Below, in pieces: positions 57,861-64,000 of a stretch of 64,000 bases of DNA (position 1 is its first letter; each line of letters opens with the position of its first letter). The position numbers and the translations under genes were made by a program. Source of the stretch: an uncultured Gammaproteobacteria bacterium (GTDB lineage Bacteria; Patescibacteriota; Microgenomatia; UBA8517); contig CAZAXL010000004.1 of assembly GCA_964489145.1 (NCBI GenBank), forward strand, positions 8,176 to 72,175, read 5' to 3'. Below the pieces are notes generated by a model. The model was not told the origin of the DNA, made no database searches, and was given only the letters and a program-made list of their open reading frames with translations.

Positions 57861-58268
57861 TTATTTTCCAAAACCAAATTTATCCAATCCCAGTATATCA
57901 ACTCCGATAAACTTAAGTATGAATATCGAAAAAATCAAAAGAATAAGCCCTGCAATGGCCGAAGTTAAAAGTTCCTGGCCGGCTTTCAATCTTTCGGGGT
58001 TCCCTGAGGCTGTCATGGTCATAAACCCGGCATAAAGCATCAGGAGAAACGCAATTCCTCCCCCGATGCCAACTCCCCAATTGAGGACGAAAGATATGAA
58101 TTCGGACTGATTAAATACCGGAATACATCCGATTGCCGTATTAAGCTCTGTTCCTAAAAAATCACAATATTTAGAGTCCATAGACTGAGCCCTAATGGGT
58201 GTTGGGGCCAAAAATATGTTGACAAACAGAAACATTAGGGGAAATACACTTCCCAAGAATCTTTTCAT
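57861..58268 (-). CDS. T4SS pilin-like protein, paralog 1 with classical signal peptide and Cys pair
   Basis: Signal peptide MKRFLGSVFPLMFLFVNIFLAPTPIRAQS, CDFLGTELNTAIGC, then TM-ASGNPERLKAGQELLTSAIAGLILLIF-TM. Confidence 0.5.
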   Translation of the reverse strand: MKRFLGSVFPLMFLFVNIFLAPTPIRAQSMDSKYCDFLGTELNTAIGCIPVFNQSEFISFVLNWGVGIGGGIAFLLMLYAGFMTMTASGNPERLKAGQELLTSAIAGLILLIFSIFILKFIGVDILGLDKFGFGK

Positions 58269-58329
58269 TATTAATATTTTAACTCAACTGAATAAAAAGA
58301 AAAGAGCGGGCCTGTTATAATAGATTGCC

Positions 58330-60075
58330 GTGGGTGGCCAATTAAAAATGAAGAATTTAAAATTTAAAATTAAACAAAGAGCTTTCAAGAGGCTGGTTTT
58401 GGTTGCAGTCCTGGTTTTTGTTTTTTCATTCTTCACCTTTACTTTTGTAAAGGCTCAGGATTGCGGAACGGACCTTGATTGTCAAATATCTCAGATTCAA
58501 AAGGAAATTGACGCACTTTCTCCGGCTCAGGAAAAGAATAAACAGGATTTGACAGCGCTTAATAAACAAATTGCCGACCTGAACTTTAAGATTTCAAAAT
58601 TAACATCGCAACTCAAATCTCTTGAAATACAGATCTCCGGCAGAGAAAAAGATTTAGTCTACACAAAAGCAATATTTGATGAAAAGGCAAAAGGGCACTA
58701 TACATTTTTGAGGCTTTACGACCCAATTACTCCGTTTCTTTTCTCCGACAGTGCGTCGCAAGCTTTTCAGGAAATTGTAATGCGGCAAAAAGCGGCTGAT
58801 TCTGACAGAAAGGTGATGGAGGAGTATGCAACTGATTTATCTTCTTTAAAAACAGACAAAGAAACTTTAGAAAAAAGCAAAGTAAGTCTTTCCTCTCTCC
58901 AATCACAAGTTGCTGAAAAACAAAAGTTTTTGGCAGGAGAAGTTGCAAAAGTGGACAGCTACCTTTCGACCCTCTCAGCGAAACAGAACGAACTCGCTGC
59001 CCTCAAGGCAGGCGGATTCCAGACCTCAATCGGTGATACCCCTCCAACTCTTGAGCCATGTAGTGGTCCTCCCGGATCATCCGCGTTTTGCAATCCTGGT
59101 TTCTCTCCCGCCTTTGCTGCATTTTCTTTTGGTGCACCCCATAGAACTGGCATGAGTCAGTATGGCGCTTATGGAAGAAGCAAATCTGGGCAATCCGCGG
59201 AAACGATTCTTTCGGCTTATTATCAAGGTGCTTCGTTAAATAAGAGTTACCCCACATCTACAAACATATGTGTTGGATCGAGTAAATCGAGTTGTACAAA
59301 TGTGGATCTGGAAACCTATGTAAAAAGAATATATGAGGTTCCAAATAGTTGGGGAGACAACAATGGTATGGAGGCGTTGAAAGCCCAGGCGGTGGCAGCC
59401 CGTTCGTATGCTCTTTATCAGATGAAAGGTGTTGGATATATCTGCTCTACCGAATCCTGTCAGGTATATAAGCCGTCAAATAAGGGTGGAAATTGGGAGA
59501 CAGCAGTAAATGCTACTCCTGGCTGGGTTCTAGAAAAAGGAGGGAGTCCGGCGGCTGCTTACTTCTCGGCGAGTACGGGTGGTTACACAATTTCTCAGTG
59601 GGGCTGGAGTGGAATTAAAGATGCTTCAGGAAATTGGCCAGATACGGCTTATGAAAAAATCGGGGGATCGCCCTGGTTTTATAAAGGCTGGTATAAAAGT
59701 CGCGGTGGGGCAACTTGTGGACGAAATAATCCCTGGCTAACCTCTGAGGAGATGGCGGATATCCTGAACGCATGGAGGGTTTTACATGATGGAGCCGGTG
59801 GAGATAAATCAAGAATAGTCCCTGTGTCCTGTTGGGGAGGTAATCCTTATTCGATGCAAGAACTAAGAGATATTGGGGGAATAACTAGTGTGTCAAATGT
59901 GTCAGTTGTTTATTCGAATGAGGGAAAAACACTATCCGCTTCTTTCTCGACAAATAAAGGTACGATTACGGTACAGGGATGGCAATTGTCAGACTCGAAA
60001 GAAGGAGCATTCAATCTTAGAGCTCCTGGATATATCGGTTTAAAAAGTTCACTTTTCAACATAGAGAAGTTTTAA
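58330..60075 (+). CDS. SpoIID/LytB-domain protein with N-terminal TM and coiled-coil (peptidoglycan remodelling)
   Basis: MEALKAQAVAARSYALYQ = SpoIID (PF08486) signature; N-terminal TM and ~180-aa coiled-coil. Confidence 0.65.
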   Translation: MGGQLKMKNLKFKIKQRAFKRLVLVAVLVFVFSFFTFTFVKAQDCGTDLDCQISQIQKEIDALSPAQEKNKQDLTALNKQIADLNFKISKLTSQLKSLEIQISGREKDLVYTKAIFDEKAKGHYTFLRLYDPITPFLFSDSASQAFQEIVMRQKAADSDRKVMEEYATDLSSLKTDKETLEKSKVSLSSLQSQVAEKQKFLAGEVAKVDSYLSTLSAKQNELAALKAGGFQTSIGDTPPTLEPCSGPPGSSAFCNPGFSPAFAAFSFGAPHRTGMSQYGAYGRSKSGQSAETILSAYYQGASLNKSYPTSTNICVGSSKSSCTNVDLETYVKRIYEVPNSWGDNNGMEALKAQAVAARSYALYQMKGVGYICSTESCQVYKPSNKGGNWETAVNATPGWVLEKGGSPAAAYFSASTGGYTISQWGWSGIKDASGNWPDTAYEKIGGSPWFYKGWYKSRGGATCGRNNPWLTSEEMADILNAWRVLHDGAGGDKSRIVPVSCWGGNPYSMQELRDIGGITSVSNVSVVYSNEGKTLSASFSTNKGTITVQGWQLSDSKEGAFNLRAPGYIGLKSSLFNIEKF

Positions 60076-60126
60076 AAGACAGAAAGTGAAAAACTTTTAG
60101 TTTTGAGATGATATAATCATCCTAGA

Positions 60127-60744
60127 ATGCCTGAGATATTTGTTTCCCCAGATAAAGAGGTTGGTAAAATACCTACAACAGAAACCCAAAAAAGTACCTT
60201 TGGAAGCCATTCACACAACCGCTTTTCAGCTTTCAATCTCTACCCGGATGGTATAAATTTTGAGACGAAAGAAAAAGAAGAAAAGGTAATTTTAATGCTT
60301 AGGCAGCATCCGGTGGTTAACCTTAAGTGGATTCTCATTACACTCCTTCTATTGACCGGTCCGTCGGTTTTAGCAGGAATAGGCGTGACTTCGTTTTTAC
60401 CGATAGGATATCAAGTGATTCTTTCCCTTGTTTGGTATTTGTTTACCACGACCTATGCTATTGAAGGATTTTTGGGATGGTATTTTAATGTGTACTTTGT
60501 TACTACCCGAAGAGTAATAGATGTTGATTTTTTTAATCTGATAGATAAAAGAGTATCGGATGCGGAAATTGAAAAAATACAGGATGTTAGTTATACGACT
60601 AAAGGCGTTTTAGGAACTACTTTAAATTTTGGTGATGTGATGATTCAAACAGCATCGGAAGTTCAGGAATTTGATTTTGGGAGGGTTCCGAAACCGGAAA
60701 AGGTTGCCAAAATACTGAATGATCTTAGAGCAAATGTACACTAA
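60127..60744 (+). CDS. Membrane-flanked bacterial PH-domain (bPH_2/DUF304, YdbS-like) protein
   Basis: Two TM followed by YFVTTRRVIDVDF...LNFGDVMIQTAS pattern. Confidence 0.45.
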   Translation: MPEIFVSPDKEVGKIPTTETQKSTFGSHSHNRFSAFNLYPDGINFETKEKEEKVILMLRQHPVVNLKWILITLLLLTGPSVLAGIGVTSFLPIGYQVILSLVWYLFTTTYAIEGFLGWYFNVYFVTTRRVIDVDFFNLIDKRVSDAEIEKIQDVSYTTKGVLGTTLNFGDVMIQTASEVQEFDFGRVPKPEKVAKILNDLRANVH

Positions 60745-60749
60745 ATAAT

Positions 60750-60974
60750 ATGGAAAATTTAATTTTACCTGGTTTTGATATCTGGATTGTGATAAAAATA
60801 TTTTCCCTGATAATTTTGGGGATGTATATAATTTTTGCGTTTGTTATAACAAGGCAGGTTAAACTTATGACGGAAACACTTACCTTGGGTTTTGAGCCAA
60901 TTGTCAAAATTTTGTCGCTTTTCCATTTGATATTTGCAATTTTAGTTTTTCTGGCTGCAATAATAGTTCTTTAG
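60750..60974 (+). CDS. Small two-TM membrane protein, hypothetical
   Basis: 74 aa hydrophobic. Confidence 0.3.
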   Translation: MENLILPGFDIWIVIKIFSLIILGMYIIFAFVITRQVKLMTETLTLGFEPIVKILSLFHLIFAILVFLAAIIVL

Positions 60975-60975
60975 A

Positions 60976-62868
60976 ATGTTGAGAATAACTAGCGCTAAAG
61001 TTACCGCTTCTCCGGGAGTTTCAGGTTGGGTTCAGATTCATGGATTTACTCCAGGAGAACCCGAGAAATTAAAGACCAGAGGACAACTTTTTGTGGTTGT
61101 TGCTTCAAAAAACGGAAAGGAAGGAATTGAGGCAATCTCTTTTGAAAGGGAAATTGTCGGAAGACTTCGTGAAGAATACTATAACGAGTCCCAAGAAAAA
61201 GCGTTTGACGCGTTAAGAGGTGCAACCCAAAGGGTTATTGCTGAATTCGGTGCCAATGCAACCGACCTTGAAATTGCCTGTTGTGCCTTTGCGGACGGAG
61301 TTGTTTACTCCGCGGCCATAGGGGGAAGCAGGGTTCTTATCAGTCGCGACGGATCTTTAGCTACAATTTTAGAAAGTGGCAGCGAAGTTATCACATCCTC
61401 AGGGTTTCCCAAGAATGAAGACATAATTCTTGTCGGAACAAAACCTTTTTTTGAAAAAGTTTCATCAACCAGCATCAAAAACAGTTTAATTGCCAAAAAT
61501 CCGGAATCTTCCGTTGAGGAACTGACGCCGCTTGTTTATGGGGGAAACGAGATCGGTACTGCCGGGGCTATCATAATTAAGTTTGAAGAAGGATCTGAAT
61601 CCGAGAATATCTTTATACCCGCTCAACCCGAAGTTTTGAGAAGTGAAACCACCCCTGTTGCCGGAAAGCAAGGCATCGATTTAAAACAAAAATTTTCCGG
61701 TTTTTTTGACAAAATTGGTAAAAAATTTCCCAGAAGAAATATATATATAAAACCGGGTATTCAGGACGAAGCTGTCTCACAAAGCCGTAAACTCACCCTT
61801 TCCGTCGGCGTAATACTTCTTGTAATTTTAGTTGTCAGTATAGGCTTTGGTGTAAGACAGAAAAAAATGAATGATCTGAAAAAAGAATACCAGGATCTTC
61901 TTACTCAGGCGACAAGCGAAGTTGAACAGGCAATTAGTCTTGCCAGTGTCAACCCTGACGAGTCCAGGCAGCTGTTTTTAGATAGTGAACAAAAATTGGT
62001 GCAAATTCAGGCGCTAAAAGTTAAAGATCCAAAAATTGATGAATTACAGAAAAGGATTGAAGACAGCCGTGCTGCGGTTTTGGGGGAATACGCGGCAGAG
62101 CCGGAGCTTTTTTTGGATCTTGGGCTTTTGTCATCCGGATTTAAAGGAGATACGGTTTCTTCTTCAGGGGGAAATATTTATGTTCTTGATAAAGTCGGTG
62201 CCAGAGTGGTCAGTATTGCCGTAGATACTAAAAAAAGCAAAATAGTTGCCGGCCCTGCCGTTATCGAGAACCCGCTTGACCTGGCCGCATATGAAAATAG
62301 TGTTTATGTCCTTCTTTCCGATGGAATTTATCTGGTTGGATCTCAAAAAACCAAGGTTATCGATAAGGTTTGGTCCGGGGATGCCCTGATTTATTCATTT
62401 GCGGGCAATTTGTATGTGCTCGATAAGGCCGGAAATATGATTTACAGATATTCGGGACAGACCGGAAACACTTTTGGGAGCCAGCAGAACTGGTTGTCAG
62501 GTTCGACCCGGGCTGACTTTTCCGGGGCGCTTGGATGGGGAATGAATGGGGCTATCTATGTGCTCTATCCCCAATCAAGAATTTTGAAATATAGCCTGGG
62601 GTCTCCCCAAAGCTTTTCAATTTCGGGGGTAACTCCTGAGGTGGGTAACATAGATGCTATATATGCAGACCCCGATAATCAATATGTTTATCTTTTGGAT
62701 AAAGCCGGAAAACGAATAGTGGTTATCGACAGGAACGGAAAATATAAAGCTCAATATATAAACGACCAGATCTCCGGCGTATCAAGACTGATGGTTTCGG
62801 AGGAGCAGAAGAAAATAATACTTCTCACAGGGGAAAAACTTCTTTCAATGGAGATTAAGCATCTCTGA
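60976..62868 (+). CDS. Membrane-anchored protein with degenerate PP2C-like N-domain and C-terminal beta-propeller-like repeats (hypothetical)
   Basis: TM at ~aa 270-295; repeated YVLDKxG / YVLxxDG / YVYLLDKAG blades; N-terminal GDGVVYSAAIGGSRVLISRDGS weakly PP2C-like. Confidence 0.3.
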   Translation: MLRITSAKVTASPGVSGWVQIHGFTPGEPEKLKTRGQLFVVVASKNGKEGIEAISFEREIVGRLREEYYNESQEKAFDALRGATQRVIAEFGANATDLEIACCAFADGVVYSAAIGGSRVLISRDGSLATILESGSEVITSSGFPKNEDIILVGTKPFFEKVSSTSIKNSLIAKNPESSVEELTPLVYGGNEIGTAGAIIIKFEEGSESENIFIPAQPEVLRSETTPVAGKQGIDLKQKFSGFFDKIGKKFPRRNIYIKPGIQDEAVSQSRKLTLSVGVILLVILVVSIGFGVRQKKMNDLKKEYQDLLTQATSEVEQAISLASVNPDESRQLFLDSEQKLVQIQALKVKDPKIDELQKRIEDSRAAVLGEYAAEPELFLDLGLLSSGFKGDTVSSSGGNIYVLDKVGARVVSIAVDTKKSKIVAGPAVIENPLDLAAYENSVYVLLSDGIYLVGSQKTKVIDKVWSGDALIYSFAGNLYVLDKAGNMIYRYSGQTGNTFGSQQNWLSGSTRADFSGALGWGMNGAIYVLYPQSRILKYSLGSPQSFSISGVTPEVGNIDAIYADPDNQYVYLLDKAGKRIVVIDRNGKYKAQYINDQISGVSRLMVSEEQKKIILLTGEKLLSMEIKHL

Positions 62869-62901
62869 TGAAAAATGTCTTTAATGCTAAAATAGGGTAA
62901 G

Positions 62902-63336
62902 GTGAAAATCTTCAACAAAAGAGCGAAATTTGAATATGAGCTTACCGGTGAAGGGGTTGAGGCAGGGATTTCCCTTTTGGGAGCCGAGGCTAAATCTGTG
63001 CGTGAAGGAAGAGTCGATATTTCCCAGTCAGCGGTTAGGATTTTGAATGATGAAATGTATTTGATTAATGCAAATATTCCTGCTGCCGGGTTGACCAAAC
63101 ATGACTCGACCCGCATGAGAAAGCTTTTGCTTCACAGGGCCGAAATACTCTCACTTATTACCAAAATGAAGCAGAAAAGGTTGCAAATTGTGCCTCTTAG
63201 GGTATACAATAAAGGTCGCTTAATTAAGCTTTACCTTGAGCTTGGGAAGGGTAAGCGCAAGTTCGAAAAGAAGGAAGCTCTTAAGCGTCACGACATAAAC
63301 CGAGACATAGAAAAGGAACTCAAGGGTTCGATTTAA
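62902..63336 (+). CDS. smpB: SsrA-binding protein SmpB
   Basis: NKRAKFEYELTGEGVEAGISLLGAEAKSVREGRVDIS canonical SmpB N-terminus; adjacent to tmRNA. Confidence 0.85.
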   Translation: MKIFNKRAKFEYELTGEGVEAGISLLGAEAKSVREGRVDISQSAVRILNDEMYLINANIPAAGLTKHDSTRMRKLLLHRAEILSLITKMKQKRLQIVPLRVYNKGRLIKLYLELGKGKRKFEKKEALKRHDINRDIEKELKGSI

Positions 63337-63339
63337 GTC

Positions 63340-63699
63340 GGGGACGATCGGTCTCGACGGAAAGCTCTTTACAATACTGCAAGCCAAGTTTGATCAACAC
63401 TTGTCAAAAGAGATCAAAAAACAAAAGCTAACTCTAACAGGTCAGCTTCAGCTAACTACGCATTAGCGTACGCTTAACTGACGTCCTTAGATTTGATTCT
63501 CGGTTGAATCGAAAGGGTGTAAACCAATCCGGGATGCCATTCAAATTTTTAACTAGAGATTTAAATGAAAGAATTTTAGTTTTACTTTAAACCGTCCTGT
63601 TAGTTGGTTAGGTTTAGAGGACATAAAATAAACTAAATAAGCTTGTAGAAGTGTTGTTTTAAGTATTTTCGGACGCGGGTTCGATTCCCGCCGTCTCCA
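63340..63699 (+). ncRNA. ssrA: tmRNA (SsrA), with CCA not encoded
   Basis: 5' GGGGACGATCGGTCTCGACGG pairs with 3' CGTCTCC+A; T-arm GCGGGTTCGATTCCCGC; internal tag ORF ending ...ANYALAYA-TAA (63427..63477); directly after smpB. Confidence 0.8.
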
Positions 63700-63705
63700 C
63701 AAAGC

Positions 63706-63733
63706 AAAAACCCGCTTTATCGGCGGGTTTTTT
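63706..63733 (+). terminator. Rho-independent terminator after ssrA
   Basis: AAAAACCCGCtttatcgGCGGGTTTTTT. Confidence 0.7.
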
Positions 63734-63751
63734 AGTGGAAAAATGTTCTAA

Positions 63752-64000
63752 ATGGGTATTTTGGATTTTGTTTTTCCCAAAAGTTGTTTCGGATGCGGCA
63801 GGGAGGGGAGATATTTATGTCTAAATTGTATTGCAAAATGTCTTTCGGCCAAATCAATTTGTCCATATTGCAAACACCCTTCAATTGATGGAGCCACACA
63901 CATAAATTGCAGAAAAAAACTGGGAATTGATGGCTTAACTTCAGTTTGGGAATACGAAGGGGTTATTAGAAAGGCAATACTTTCTCTTAAATATAAATAC
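63752..64000 (+). CDS. ComF-family protein (ComFC-like phosphoribosyltransferase), N-terminal part (runs off window); not in ORF track
   Basis: Manual translation MGILDFVFPKSCFGCGREGRYLCLNCIAKCLSAKSICPYCKHPSIDGATHINC...VWEYEGVIRKAILSLKYKY = ComF double zinc-ribbon N-terminus. Confidence 0.55.
   Translation, partial: MGILDFVFPKSCFGCGREGRYLCLNCIAKCLSAKSICPYCKHPSIDGATHINCRKKLGIDGLTSVWEYEGVIRKAILSLKYKY

Larger units (their letters stand above)
41296..58268 (-). other. Type IV secretion system-like locus (PrgI/VirB3-like, split VirB4, VirB6-like, 8 pilin-like paralogs, large surface/HExxH proteins)
   Basis: Co-oriented, tightly coupled minus-strand genes with VirB4 DEAW ATPase as anchor; see component features. 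Confidence 0.55.

Noticed and set aside
57861-57901. 41-nt overlap between pilin paralogs 1 and 2
   Set aside because: Caused by an upstream in-frame ATG; the internal Met (MLAQNF) gives a 1-nt intergenic spacing consistent with the rest of the array.

Overview
This is an AT-rich (~37% GC), gene-dense bacterial chromosomal window with short genes, tight gene overlaps and minimal pathways, which fits a Patescibacteria/CPR-type genome. All assignments are read from motifs in the supplied ORF track; no searches were run.

What the window contains:
- **Replication origin neighbourhood:** rpmH-rnpA-yidD-yidC-jag on the minus strand, then dnaA and dnaN on the plus strand. There are perfect DnaA boxes, and four 26-bp direct repeats sit between dnaA and dnaN.
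- **Housekeeping genes:** metG, valS, groES/groEL, rplY, rnhA, a tsaC-tsaE fusion plus tsaD, smpB plus tmRNA, and tRNA-Cys(GCA).
- **DNA repair block:** a PcrA/UvrD helicase, a UvrD-helicase fused to a RecB/Cas4-like Fe-S nuclease, rmuC and an AlkA-like glycosylase.
- **Cell-envelope genes:** two FemAB-family genes flanking a cupredoxin, and a glycan cluster (processive GT2 synthase, UDP-xylose synthase, a GT-C enzyme, a MraY/WecA-like transferase and a UbiA-family DPPR-synthase-like gene). There are also M23, VanW, SpoIID/LytB and PEGA-domain proteins.

The most interesting feature is a ~17-kb minus-strand locus (41296..58268) immediately downstream of dnaN. It looks like a minimized monoderm/CPR-type type IV secretion system:
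- a PrgI/VirB3-like gene with a long C-terminal extension
- a VirB4 ATPase that appears split into an N-domain ORF and an ATPase ORF
- a 949-aa membrane protein with a HExxH zinc-protease motif
- a polytopic VirB6/TrbL-like protein
- a 796-aa Cys-rich surface protein
- a large 906-aa gene of unknown function on the opposite strand inside the locus
- a tandem array of eight diverged small two-TM paralogs (VirB2/TrbC pilin-like), each carrying a conserved SGGDxxxxExA(K/R)xxIxxAxxGL motif

No VirD4, relaxase or integrase is visible in the window.
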